NCBI RefSeq assembly: GCF_003918875.1
Contig: NW_025766237.1
Span: 930,001 to 994,000, forward strand
Origin: Haliotis rubra
Lineage: Eukaryota
Reading direction: 5' to 3'
Length of the DNA: 64,000 nucleotides
Both the position numbers and the translations under genes were made by a program. Under the pieces are notes generated by a model. The model was not told the origin of the DNA, did not search any database, and saw only the letters and a program-made list of their open reading frames with translations. How positions within the stretch are numbered: the first letter of the stretch is position 1; the number at the start of each line of letters is the position of its first letter. Shown here one piece after another: positions 36,701 through 49,900 of the stretch.

Positions 36701-39292
36701 AGACACAAATTTAGTGATTGATGAAGTGAACATTGATTCTATCAAAAATTCACTTTTTATGTCATTATGAAGGCAAACTTGGTAAGAAAATATTTTCAAC
36801 GCCATGAAAGTAAGTATGTTCTGAGTTAATGAAATGATAACTTTTAATTCCAGGAATGATTCTGTGTCTGAGACAATGCAGTATGCACAGTTGCTGTGCA
36901 ATTGTTCATGCACAAAAGATGGCCATCCTTCAGCTGCCATTGGAGACTTTGGGGTGAACAATGCAGGTATGGAAACAAGTTTGCTTTATGGCACAAGAAA
37001 GACAAAATGTCAGGGAAGCCCAAAGTTAGTAGGACTACCTGATGTATTTAAGAGTGTTTTTACAATAGTGTGACTAATATCATTGAGATAATTAATTATT
37101 TTTACTTCTAAAGTTATAAAGTAATAAGAATTAAACCTACTTTCAGATGAGGTTTCTCTGTGGTGGGCTGGCATTGTCAGTGTTGCCTATTACTGGCTGA
37201 AGGGAGATGATGACAATGCCAAGGACTACTACAGTGTGCTGGATGTCTTCCCTAAGAAACTGCAGGCAAATGAGTAAGCTATTGCTGTTACATGCCATGA
37301 TATAATTGAAAATTCTGTTCAAAACAGCATTAAACATACTTAACTCTTTACTGTCAGGTTTTGAAAAAAATCTGATGTTATGACATGTTCTGATGACATT
37401 GTCTTGTGAAATAATACTCACATTTAACAAATGTGCTGTATTACAGTGATCCATTGCCAAGAGCTGTGATGTTTGCCTACAAAGCAAGAAAGAGCCTGTT
37501 GGAACATAGGGAGAATTTTAACAGCAAGATGTGCATCAGACAATGTGACCGTGCAGGACGTTCACTGCGGGAGAGTCTGAAACTTGTGTACTCACAACAG
37601 AAAGCTGAAGCTGTGAAGGTAAGCACTACGACCTGCATGTGCACAACAAAGTTTATGTTTATATTTGCTGAAACTTGAAGATTCTGCTGGAGCTGGTTCT
37701 GAAGGAATACAAACATTCTTGTGTCTGTGGTGCATTGTAGTTGCATTGCATTAGCTAACAGTTATGCAATGCATCTGCAGTGCAAGCACAGCTGCAGGTT
37801 CAACATCAGGAGGAAACCACAATATACAGGTTTTTACCTCGATTCACAAACATGGGGATCCCAGAGACTGATTGATGAAATGAAGCACGTGAAAATGACA
37901 GAAACAGCCAAAAGCTTATAGTCATAGATGTGATGTGGGTACAAAGAATAATAATAATAATAATAGAACTTTTTATTTGCATCCATTCTCTTCATGTGTG
38001 TGTACTGGGCACACAAATGCGCTCCCCGTAAATCCCTGAATATAAATGTCTTGTCAGAATTTGAGACCTGCAGTGTAAATATATAATTTATAGTTTATAC
38101 AGTCAATAAAATGTAAAAATGAGTTTTAAAACAAGTAAGATCTGTATTGTTGTAATTTGATATTCAGAGTTTGGATGGCTAAATTTTGTTGCTAAAGAAT
38201 TCTGAGGTCTTTAATTTGTCATTGTCCTGAATACAGATTTTTTTATAAAAAAAATATTGATATGGATTTTATTTATCGTTGCAGGCCATCCAGCTGCTTA
38301 CTTGTGATTGGTTGCTGATGACTCGGTCACAAGTTTGGGAGATGACACATGATTGGCAGGGCACTACCAAGCCTGTCTCTCAGACAGAACTCATTGCCTT
38401 CCAGCAGGATCTGGCCAGTCTCCGCAAACTGTCACAGATCATGAAGACTGCTTTGCCAAAGGTAATATTATGTTTGAATTATGTAGACATGTTATGTAAG
38501 GTAATCAGGTTCAATTTGTTTTAAGGCATGCTTTATGTCATAGCAGCTATTCTATCAGCTGATATTTTGGCTTGATTATTACTGACCATGTACTTGTATC
38601 CAGGTGTTCCTGCATGAAGCCATGGCTCGAGTGATGGCTGGGGCTAGTCCTGCACGTACTCAGCAGCTGCTTGACCGGAGCATCCGGAGACGAAGCACAA
38701 GAACTGAGACATGTAAGTATCAACATTTGGTGTAGCTATGGATAAGTGTAAGTACGTAATTATGTAGGTGTGTGTTGATATCCTCCTAAAAGAAGTTCAC
38801 AAAGTTTTTCAAATTTGATTTTACTTCCTACTCACTTTGGTTTGAGTTTTCATAGCTTGTGCCGTCATTACTTAACGGGCTTACATTGTATTAAACCAAA
38901 ATGGATTCCTGATGTTGTAATTTACGATTTTGATAGTATGGAAGAATCTAGCAAAATATTTCTGTAGTCACTGAAACAACTGAGATTTTTAAAGATTCCC
39001 ATATACTAACTTCACAATACATGAAGTATGTGTGTGTTGTCTTTCAGATCATGAAGAGACTTCATACAGTGACACATCTGAGAGAGAGCAGGCCTCTGCT
39101 CTGTTGTTAGCAGGACGCCACTTACCTGATCCCTTAGTCAGCAGTGTGGGTGCCAGGGTTGGGATGGTCACCCAGGCCAGTCACCTGTATGAAACCATTG
39201 GAGATAAAAAGTCTGTTCTGCTTTGTCGAAAAACACTTCTCCAGATGGAAGAAAGTTCACACAAAAGCACAGATGTTGCAATAGAATGCTGA
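23339..39292 (+). CDS. SREBF: Sterol regulatory element-binding protein (17 exons; apparent +1 frameshift in exon 2 as assembled)
   Basis: Exons 23339-23447, 24318-25037, 25739-26092, 26693-26807, 27165-27275, 27471-27695, 28593-28777, 29370-29628, 29897-30063, 30423-30585, 36504-36594, 36854-36966, 37147-37273, 37447-37618, 38285-38461, 38604-38712, 39048-39292. bHLH-Zip with the diagnostic Tyr ([16 protein letters not shown]), TPPVS degron, DRSR, TM1 with NP, TM2, and C-terminal motifs ([28 protein letters not shown]). Confidence 0.95.
26879..27118. mobile_element. hAT-like MITE with 5-bp TSD (copy 1)
   Basis: TIR caggggtggaaataac / gttatttccacccct, TSD tgact. Near-identical to 61712-61952. 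Confidence 0.85.
28015..28525. mobile_element. Mutator-like MITE with ~100-bp TIRs
   Basis: catcctcgataatctccag...ccttggctggc is mirrored at the right end. Exact 9-bp TSD gttaagcat (28006-28014, 28526-28534). Confidence 0.9.
28890..29055 (+). mobile_element. tRNA-derived SINE family A (representative full copy)
   Basis: A box tagcctagtgg, B box ggttcgattcc, tail gctggaatattgctaaaagcggcgtaaaac-(cagt)n, TSD tctgatgaaaag. Other copies at ~7680-7790 (-), 18975-19125 (-), 21226-21375, 29211-29345, 36345-36452, 41140-41267, 44742-44908 (-), 45630-45780 and 59225-59390. Confidence 0.92.
30615..36334 (+). mobile_element. Decayed DIRS-type (tyrosine recombinase) retrotransposon in SREBP intron 10
   Basis: Left end ttttccttatcctgactcatgctc is complemented at 36217-36240 (internal complementary region, ICR) and again at ~36280-36300. 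YR remnants at ~33940-34440 ([36 protein letters not shown]). Gag-like region at 31190-32400. Most of the right ITR is deleted. Confidence 0.85.
34480..36010. repeat. ~94-bp AT-rich tandem array (~16 units) inside DIRS element 1
   Basis: tagctaacaaactctacagagttt recurs at 35369, 35464, 35558, 35653 and 35747. Units contain palindromes (aactct..agagtt, cttaag). Confidence 0.93.
37725..37791 (+). ncRNA. mir-33: pre-miR-33 hairpin in SREBP intron 14
   Basis: GTGCATTGTAGTTGCATTGCA (37730-37750) is the canonical miR-33-5p. The 3' arm tgcaatgcatctgcagtgca (37765-37784) and the ctgtg/cacag basal stem complete the hairpin. Same strand as the host gene. Confidence 0.97.
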
Positions 39293-42080
39293 AGTCTCCT
39301 TTCATTTCATTGTAAATAATCTCAGAATTTTAACATAACTTCAAACTGCTTTACATATTTAAATTCTGTTTTGTTTTGATTCTTATTTGTTCTGTTTGAA
39401 TTTGCATTTGAGTTTAAGTTTTGATATGTTGACTGTTACTCATTTCTTGTTTATTTGAAATTGTCACGTTGTGCCAATAATCCTGGCAAATAGACCTAAA
39501 CACTTCAATATCATTACTGAGATTTTACTGGACATGTTGCTGAACTTTCTATTTTCTTCATAAACTACTTTCAGATGCACTGGAAATGTCTCATCAATTA
39601 TATATTGTTCAATTTTATAAACATGTCACGAAAAAAGATTGTTGTACATAAGTGTCATAAGTATTATTTAAGATGGGGCAAGAATGATGTGAGAGGTGTG
39701 TGTGACTTCTTTACACTGTCAATAAATATTTTAGTATTTATCATTGTATCTTCTGTTTTATTTCCCAGGTATAGACTGTTTTAATAATGGATATTTCTGA
39801 ATAAAAAACCCTTCAAACCACATTTGCTTTGTCAGATGGCTAAGGTGGTAAAATTGGGTTTAACATTAGTTAACATATATATTTATGGACTTCTAGTGTA
39901 GAAAATAGGATCGACATATACAGTTAGGGTCATTTACTGTCAAACAGTTGAGTTCCCAATATATCGCAATACGGGTACCTGAATCGCAATATATTGCAAT
40001 ACAATTTATTTGCCAATACACAGCCCTACTAAAACTTTACTTTCTTGGTTTGTTTAATGGCCACACATTTTCTATGTTTGTACCCCAATATGTATCGACA
40101 TGTAACCATGGACTGCAGATGAATATCCATTAAAAACTGTTAACCTAGATGTTAAAACAACAAACTACATTTATTTCTCAGTTTATTCCATGAAATGTAA
40201 AGCAAAAGGACATTCCCAGCTAGGCAAAATATATATATTTATTATTCATATGGGGAAACCTAACCAGTGTCATAATTATCATATGTGCACTTATCACTTT
40301 TGCCTAGCAACCATTGTTTCTGAGTTTCATCGTCAGTATGTCATAAAACAATTGAACGTGACGTCAATGAACTGGGCAGTCACACTTGCTTACCGTGTTT
40401 TACTGCACAAATGCACATGAATAAAATGGATAATAAAGAAATTATTACACTTGCAAGTGTGCCACACAGTTGCTCTCGCTGGGGCAATATAAAATTTCGC
40501 ACTCGTTTCGTATAAGTCGTATGACACACTTGCTCGTGTAATAATCTCTCTATATATTATATATATATCCTTCCAGGCAGAAGGATGCATGGGCGATAAA
40601 CAAATGTATGTATGTATATATCATGTCCACCTACGAATTCCTGTAGAAGAGCTAGCACCATATTACAAGATCATTCATAACATATACACAGTGAATTGTA
40701 AATATGGAAGGTAACATTCTCAGTGATACAATCTAGTTCTACATCTACATAAGTGTCTGTGGATTTTTACAACCAAGATTACCAAGTAATGTCATGTTGC
40801 TGTCAGTATCCCTGTGGAGGAAGGCAGGGCTTCTGGACAAAGAATAATTAACTCAGTTGGGCAATGCATTCAGCAGGGAACAGCATCACCCTTGCTTGTA
40901 TTCATACCACTGCCTCGAGTTAGGTTTGTGATATCTACATACTTGTGTTATAACGTCAGTACAATTCAATTGCCATAAGAAATTCATGATACAATACAAC
41001 ACATATGATTCATAACATTACAAATTCCATTCTTCAAGAAACAGCTGATGCAGATATATATATATTTCAGACAGGTTAATTAAAAATATTTATTACAAAA
41101 ATACAAAATCTTTTACCTATGTAGTTTCTTTATTATTAGGAGCTGTGGGGTAGCCTAGTGGTTAAAACGTTTGCTTGACACACCGCAGACCTGGGTCCAA
41201 TTCCCCACATGGGTACAATGCCATGATATCTCAATATAGCTAAAGGCGGTGTAAAACCAAACTCACTCTTTATTGTTATTATCTTAATTTCACATCATAA
41301 ATATTTTGCCTATCAGTAATAAAGCATCCTCAGTCATGTATTATATCTCCATTCTATTTACATACAAAGTACACTACTGTCATGACTGAAACAAACAGCA
41401 GTACTTGACCACGTTGATTGGTCTTGTTGAGTCTGTCTGCATTTCATCTGAAAGACCTGATGACAAATGACCTTCCCTTATCCTATCTCAATCCTTTTGG
41501 TAGTTTTTAACATAACATTTATAACAGTCTGCAGATAATGACATGGTTAAGTGAAATGCATCAGATTTCACTATCTGATGCAACAATTTTGAAATTAGAA
41601 GAGTCCTCTTGATTGGTTGTTGTTTTCAAGGTCATGGTCACGAGAAGATCTAAGTTGAAGATACAAGGGATGCCGATGACGACATTACATGTGAAGCTTT
41701 GGTGGTAACCTGATCAAGGATGTTGATCAAAACAGTGAGTGAGTGAATGAGTGTGTTTAGTTTTACGTGTCACTCAGCAATATTCCAGCTATATGGTGGT
41801 GGTCTGTAAATAATCAGGTCTGGACCAGACAATCTAGTGATCAACAGCATGAGCATCGATCTGCGCAATTGGGATATGACGTGTCAACCCAGTCAGCGAG
41901 CCTGACCACCCGATCCTGTTAGTTGCCTCTTACGACAAGCATGTGTAACTGTACATCAATTCTAACCAATTCTTCATGGGCTTGATCAAAACAGAATAAT
42001 ACAAGAATACACAGGAGAAATGAGGATGCAACGGCAGCTGATACCAGTACATGAAAGTACAATTTTGAAGGGTGCATTGA

Positions 42081-42239
42081 GGTACACATGCATTATACCA
42101 GATACCTGCCTGCCATATTTAATTAGGTCACGTGATAAGAGCTCGGAAAGGTGAAAAAGTATATAACTGAGATGAAAATAACCCTAACTCTAATCCTAAC
42201 CCTAACCCTGCTAGGTATCCGGTATAATGCATTCTTACC
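42081..42239. mobile_element. 159-bp MITE with internal telomere-like repeats
   Basis: TIR ggta..atgcattataccagatacc / ggtatccggtataatgcat..tacc, 8-bp TSD tgcattga, and degenerate (ccctaa)n at 42180-42208. Confidence 0.8.
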
Positions 42240-42648
42240 TGCATTGAGTTCCATACAGCATGATACAGTAAATAGAAGTGATTTACCTAGATCTCATCTG
42301 AGATCAATATTCTCACCATAGCTAGTAGGACCATATCTACAATTTTGTTGAAAAATAGGGGTGAAACGGTAAGTTCGTACGGTACATATTGTGGTACAAG
42401 GTATTTGGTTCAGTCTGTTTCGGTTCGGTATATTATGAGAACTTACTTACAGGAAATAGAGGCTGTCTAGCAAAAAATCCAAAGATACTGACAAATTGAA
42501 TCAATTTCTAGACATTCTAGAAAATGGTTAAAAGGTGAACAAAATGACAGTATGAACACAAATTTTTGGCTTGCATTACGGTATACCGAACTGAAGGTAA
42601 AATACTCCGGTTCTACTAATACTGTGGTATACTGTTTTACCCCTATTG

Positions 42649-43124
42649 AACAAGAGTCATCAGAAGATGACAAATCCCCCTTTCCCCAACTTATTTGAAA
42701 GAGCAAATCATCTGACAGTTACTTTTAAAGACCCACTTGATTTTTTCCCCCAAAGAAATGAAAAGTATAAATACCAAATATGAGCAAATTGCAAAAGGCA
42801 CCGATTCAAGATCTGTTATATATCTGTCACGTCTTGTAGAAAGATATTGCACGGTTTTTGAGTTGTGCTCCAGAAACGAAGCCCACCCAACCCTTTGAGA
42901 CTAAGTCCAAATCGTTTTCATGGAAACTGAGAAAATAAAATGACAAACATCTGTAAATAGCAAAAGGCACCACTTTAGCTTCTGTTTTATTTATCTACCA
43001 ATTTTTTTTAGTTACGCTCAAAACGAAACGCACGAAACAAAATGATTACGAACCGACGGATGGATGCATGGACAGACAGACAAGGCATCGATTATATCCC
43101 CCAGCATTACATCCCGGGCGATAA
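42649..43124 (+). mobile_element. Helentron-associated non-autonomous element (HINE-like)
   Basis: Starts aacaag with a subterminal atccccc. Carries a (ggat/agac)n microsatellite and a 3' atccccc..gggcgataa hairpin. Confidence 0.65.
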
Positions 43125-43934
43125 AAACTATTTGCTAAAATTACTTCAAAATACCAGCAACAGCACTGGTTAGATTGTGCTCAACTGGTGACAAAAAGTA
43201 GCATCAAATCACTTTTGCCCTTCAAGTACAGTATGAGCTGTAGTGAAATGTTTGCTATCAACACTTGATACAACACCCTATGGAGGTATCCCTGATCTTC
43301 ACACAGCATGATATTGTATCTGTGTAAATGATCTGATTTTAAGATTGGAAGACATTTAATTCCCATTTTGAAGAGGAGTAAGTGGAATATTTAATAAATC
43401 AGAAATGACTTCACGCAGGGAAAACTTCAGGAACTCGACTTTAATTATGCTTTTGCCCTACACCAAAGTCATACAACCGTAGCACTATTCAAAACACCAT
43501 TGCTTGTGAAGGAAACATATCCTGCTTTATTTGTCACCAGAAAGATGTCCTGAGGTATCTTCATCTCCCTGTTCGGCAGTGACCTCCTTTCAGGGATCTG
43601 GTGACCCCCTCTCCAGGTTCGGGTGACCTCAACAGGATCTGGTGACCTCAAATCAAGGTGCTGGTTATTCACGGAATGTCTGTCCTATGTCATGAGATCA
43701 GCTTCACTTCATCTTGATACAAGCATATAAATATTGCATCACAGGAATTGGTAGCTGTAGACATAACATGTCAATTTTCATTGGCCACAGGGGTTATGAA
43801 AAGCATATTTTATGAACAGCTACAGAATTCCTGGGGTACTATATATACCAAAAAGGATGTTAACACCTTTAAACAAACATAGCCCTTCAAATGCCACCCT
43901 GACCCACAGAGACAAGACAGTATTTTCCTGAGAA

Positions 43935-46900
43935 TCAAATCTCCTCCATAACATAATCCACTTTTTCTGCTACCCTTTTGCAGCCAGTTACAGAGAAAAC
44001 CTGTTCACTTTCAGGCCAGAATGAGAGTTCCTCAATAACACTTTCAACTCTCTCACTGGTCACTGGGTAACCCTTAACAACCATGCTGTCTTTTATGCAT
44101 TTCCTCACATGGGTCTTCTCCAGGGGAAGGAAGGGGATGTATGCTGTGATCATGTGCTTGGTGATCAACTCACTGTGCCAAAGTCCAGCTGAAACATATT
44201 CCATCAGTCAATACTACTCGTCATATCACCACCGGGACTTCATTAACCATGTTTAATGAACATGTGAAATCATTTGAAGTTTAAGAAGATATGAAGAAAT
44301 GGGAGAGTGGGAGAGAGGGAGGGAGGGAGGGAGGAGGAGAGAGAGAGGTTTAACTCTGCTTTGAGAGTGTGTGTGTGTGAGTTTAGTTTTACACTGAACA
44401 CAGCAATAGTGTGGTGTGCCTAAGGGGGACAACTCTGCATAGTGAATTACAGCGTCTCATACTGAGCCGCCAGTTGTCCCTCATAAACAGAGTAGGCCTG
44501 CAACTTGTATACACTGTGCATCACTCATCATAGATCTCAGGCTTATATACCTGTGAAGATCCGGGTTAGAATTGGTCTTCAGCAACCCATGCCCTAGATT
44601 GATGATCTTGCTGTTGATCAGTGGATCGCATGGTCCAGACTTGATAATTTACAGACTGCCGCCATATAGCTGGAATATTGCTGAGTGTGGTGTTAATAAA
44701 AAAACAACCATCCAAATCTTAGGCAAATAGCAGTTTGTCTTAGTGAGTGAGTGAGTTTAGATTTACGCTGTTTTTAACAATATTCCAGCAATATCACGGC
44801 AGGGGACACCAGAAATGGGCTTCACACATTGTACCCATCTGGGAATCGAACCCGGGACTTCAGCGTGACCAGAGAACGCTTTAACCACTAGGCTACCCCA
44901 TCGCCCCCATAACCCAGAAAGAGCTTCTTGTAAGCCAAATCTCCGCCGTGATGTTGCTGGAATATTGCTAAAAGCGGCGTAAAACCAAACTCAGTCAGTG
45001 TAAGTCAAATCCACCTCTTGACTTTAGATGTGTTGGATACTAAATGTTCAATTAAATCCATAATGAATTTTACTTTTTGAGTTGAGTGCAGCACGGGTAA
45101 TAATCTTTTCAACATCTGCCATTTTGATATCTTCTCTGGGGTAGCCCTGTGACCATTGTTGATACACATACTGTGTTATGTCTTTTCCTGCTGTGTTGCT
45201 GTGAACAGAGAAAAAAACAACATGAACAAGGTGAAGGTGAGAATACAACAATAACTCCCCTTCCTTCTAAGCCCTTGAGGTGAGGTGAGGTGAAATTGGG
45301 TTTAACGTTGTGCTTGAGAATATTTCGCTCATATGATGACGAGCATGCGTGTGTATGTGTGGCTGCTTGTACTAGCCCAGACTGAAGCTGGTTTTATGGT
45401 GCTAGCCCACTGAGATACTATGCCACAGTGAAGCATGAATACCCCACTCAGACACATTATACTGACTCCAAGCTGACCAGTCCTTGATGTACCCATTAAT
45501 GCCGAACGCCAGGCAGGGACCAACAAGTACCATATTTTAACGTCTTTTGGTATGACGCGGTCGGGATTGAACCCGCGACCTTTTGCTCTCCGGGTGGACG
45601 CTCTAGCCACTACACCATGGAGGCGGTCTGAGGGGTGGTTAAAGCATCTGCTCGTCACGCTGAAGACCCAGGTACGATTCCCCACATGGGTACAATGTGT
45701 AAAGCCTGTTTCTGGTGTCCCCCACCGTGATATTGCGGGACTACTGCTAAAAACAGCGTAAAATCATACTCACTCACTCAAGTCCTTGTTATATGTACAG
45801 ATCATAATAAAGGGCTGAACAAGAATATACAAATAGACTTTTCCATGAATCAGTTAAGCATGCGTATCAAATAATGACAGATAAAGACAAAAAAGTATTC
45901 AAAAACCAATATTATTATTATATGTTAGTCTACTAACCATACACTAACTGCCCATCACAAATGAAATTGAACAATCTTAAAATGGCTGCATAATGAGCAG
46001 ATGACAGTCAGTGAACCAGTCAGTGAACCAGGAAATGACGTAACTTGAACCTTGAAAGTATGGATGAGCTAAGAAGTTAGTTAAAATGCATATATTTACA
46101 GAAATATTTACAAAACTTTAATTATTTTGATAATTGCTGACCTCAGGAAAAGGAATATTGCTTTGCGGTAGTTGACACCTCCCAGATTTTCATAGTAGTC
46201 GAGATACGGCTTGATGGTGTCAATGAGACCTGATGGCATCTTGTCCATCTCATCAAATATAAACAATGAGCGAGAACAGTGGGTGATGTTGTGCTCAATC
46301 CAGGATCGCAGCTGGTCCTGTAAGATTGATGTAAACCCATGTCAGCAGTCACCATCATCATGATCAAAATGATCATAATCACAATCAGAATGATCATAAC
46401 AATTCACATACACAATCAATTTATTCTTCGACCAAGATCATTAATGACATGTGGAGGCCCAAGGATGTTAAGCAACATGCAACCTTGTTAAATTGTGTCC
46501 CTTTGCCATTCTTGATCAGCATATTGTGGGTTTAAATATGTAAATGTTATGATAAAACTGATATCTTATACTTATCCTGACTCATGCTTATTGCTTATCT
46601 CCCCTCTCCTTCGACGGTTAAGTGGAAACTTGAATCGCTTTCAATTCCCTGAAACGATCGTAATATCACTCACCCACGAGTAGCCTCCCCTTTCCGCCCA
46701 AACGGTCCCACATGACCTGAGCCCAGTTCTAATCACTCTCTGCGAAATAAGCCCACATTACGACTTACAGTGAAGCCCATAATGCTGAGAGGGGATGGCC
46801 GGGAGGGCTTTAGATCATGAGTCAGGATAAGTATAAAATATCAATTTTATCATAAAAATTACATACTTTTACTTATTGTGACTCATGCTTATTGCTTCCC

Positions 46901-49900
46901 GATTCCGACGGAATAGGTGGTGCCCGTCAGGTCAGCCACCTAACGGGATTCACTGTGGCTGTCAACCAAACAGTCTGATCGCATACCCCCTGGGAAACTA
47001 TTCTTGCGGATTCCTAGTTGTCTAAATTGTATACGAAAGGGGGGACCACTTTCTCTGAATTTATTACAAGAAGTAAATTTTATAGATTTTGTGGATTTTA
47101 GATAATCTAGTACTCTTCAACGAGTTATATTAGAACGATCCATATGTTAAGGTTAGGACTATTACCGAAACTGAATCACAACCCATATGTTAAGGCAAGG
47201 ACTATTACCGAAACTGAATCACAACCCATAAGTTAAGGCAAGGACTATTACCGAAACTGAATCACAACCCATAAGTTAAGGCAAGGACTATTACCGAAAC
47301 TGAATCACAACCCATAAGTTAAGGCAAGGACTATTACCGAAACTGAATCACAACCCATAAGTTAAGGCAAGGACTATTACCGAAACTGAATCACAACCCA
47401 TAAGTTAAGGCAAGGACTATTACCGAAACTGAATCACAACCCATAAGTTAAGGCAAGGACTATTACCGAAACTGAATCACAACCCATAAGTTAAGGCAAG
47501 GACTATTACCGAAACTGAATCACAACCCATAAGTTAAGGCAATTACTATTACCGAAACTGAATCACAACCCATAAGTTAAGGTAAGAACTATTATCCAAC
47601 TGGGTTTATATCACTCATGTGCTGACTTAGTAAGACAGGGGAACACGGGACTCTCTGCTGGTGGCAATGGGTCAGTTGCCTAGCGTCAAGGAGTCAACGT
47701 GGACTGAACTGGTGAACACCTGATACATCCTCTGTAGCAATGTCTCGAAGACAATGATTAGCAAACACTGAGTCGGATCTCCAAAAGCAGCCCTCCATGA
47801 TGGATGACAATGAGCAATTCCCATGTAGTGCGAGTGTCGACGCTAATGCTCTAACTTCATGAGGGTTAGATGCTCTAGGTGGAGCCAGTCCTGCTGTTTT
47901 GTAAGCTCGTAGAATGATAGCTCTGATCCAAATGAGATTGTGGATCGAGAGACGACAATAGTTGTGGCAGGTGACAATGGAATAAAGAGACGTTTACAAT
48001 TTCTCCTTCTTATAGCAGTCAGTTCTAAGTTGATTTTCAAAGCTCTGACTGGGCATTGGGAGAAGTCCTCTGTCTCATTCTCGGATGACTGATGACAATC
48101 CTGGTACGTGGAATTGACAATCTGGTTGACCAGGTAGTTGATTCTTAGCTATATAGTCCCATCTTAGTCCCAGGAGGACTGCAGCATGTTCTCCTGTGTC
48201 GAATTTCATTCGTCCATTGTTGCATGTATTTCTGACATCCTTGCTGCTGTAGCTAAGGTGAGGAGAAATAATGTTTTCTGAGTTAACAACTCAAAAGTGT
48301 CTCTTAAAGGTTCGTAGTCGTCACTGGTGAGATGTTGCAGCACTATATTGAGATCCCAGGCTAGGATTTTAAATTTCTGCTGTTTATCCTCTAGTATAAA
48401 TGACCTCAGTAGAGTGACGAGTTCAGGTACTTTGGTGAGTTTAACTCTGTGTTCATCGTGATAACCGAGCTGATTGCTGCCAAATATGTTGAAAGTGTAG
48501 ATCCTTTCAAGTGTCTAGTCGATCTCAGATCATAGATATTCTGCTACTTGAGGATATGTAGCTTTCGCGGCTAAGAATCCTTTGCGTGTTGCAAAAGTTA
48601 AAAGTTGTTTAACAAACGAATATAGTTTCAAATCACTATTATTGCTTTGTATTACAAAGGGGTAAGTGCAGTAGTTGGAACAGTGAAACAAATGCACGTG
48701 TGGTACGTGATGAGCGTTAACATTTAATTTGCATACCCCCTTGTCATACAAACCATACAAAATCGTTTGTTAAACAACTTTTATCCATGCTGAATAAAAT
48801 TCTCAGATTTAAATGTTCATTTGGCAAGGTAAAATTATGAGGATTTGCAATCTTAATTTCTCTTTATTTGATTTACTTTTTTGTATAAAGCGAAATTCAT
48901 CGGTATGGTATCACAGCAAACAGACCATAGGTTGAAATGCTTCATGTTGTAGATGAGGCGCAACTTCTCATTGGAGTTCTTTTTTGGAAAATCGGAGAGT
49001 AGAATCCTGGTGTGAGACTGTGTTCATCTAGAATGTCTACGGCGTTCTTTACAAATAGTGATTTGATGGCTTCCGTCAGTTTGATGTGTTGAAGTTCTGG
49101 GTAATGATGCACCTAGGGTGTGACAGTGAGGGGTGTCGACGCCTTGAGCTGAATCTCATAGCCTTCGCGTAACACCTATAGAACGTAGTCATCTTGTATG
49201 ATTCTCCAATTTTCCCAGTAGTCATCTAGACACCCCCCCCCACACACACCCTGTTGAAGGTTCTACAGAACACCTGGGAGGGACGACCCAGTAAGTCTGA
49301 ACCTGATCTTCACTGACGAGAGGAGCGGGAGCCTCCTGATGAGTGGCCTCTCCCAGAACGTCCTCTTGAGTTGTCGTATGATCAACGAAAATTCCCTGAT
49401 TTGCCTCCTTGAAAGCTTGAAGCCCTCTTATCCTTGGCCTTCTGTATGCCTGGGAACTTCGATCGGAACAGTCCTCGCCATGACAACTGATGATACATAT
49501 TATCCATCGTCTGCATGGATCTGATGAGCATCTGATCTCTAGAGTCCTGGCATACTTCTCGACGACACGCTGGTCTATGCTGCTGTCAAATAGTGTAGAT
49601 GCTGCCCAAGGTTGACGTAGCAAGGACTTACCATGGTAGTCTGGCCAGTTGCCAGATGAGAAGAGTCCTTGTTGATGCAGTAAAGTCAAGCCCTCCCATG
49701 TAGACGCAAGGTGATCGGACATAAATTCCTGATCTTTCTTTTGCATGACATGTGATGATAATATCTCATCCTCTCTGTCTCGGTTTTCGGATCCTGGAAG
49801 TTGTTGATTAAAGCTTTGTTGATAGCTCAAGATCTAGCTAGTCCAAAGAAGGTATGTCTAGTAGTAGTATCTAGGTTAGCCAACTTCCTATCTTCTACTC

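Noticed and set aside
42180-42208. Interstitial telomere or chromosome fusion scar
   Set aside because: Only ~5 degenerate units, enclosed in a MITE with TIRs and a TSD.
43575-43655. Four GTGACC motifs as a nuclear-receptor element cluster
   Set aside because: Irregular spacing downstream of the Torsin stop; indistinguishable from a short decayed tandem repeat.
47139-47597. CRISPR-like appearance of regular repeats (also 57740-58383)
   Set aside because: There are no unique spacers or cas genes, and the context is eukaryotic.
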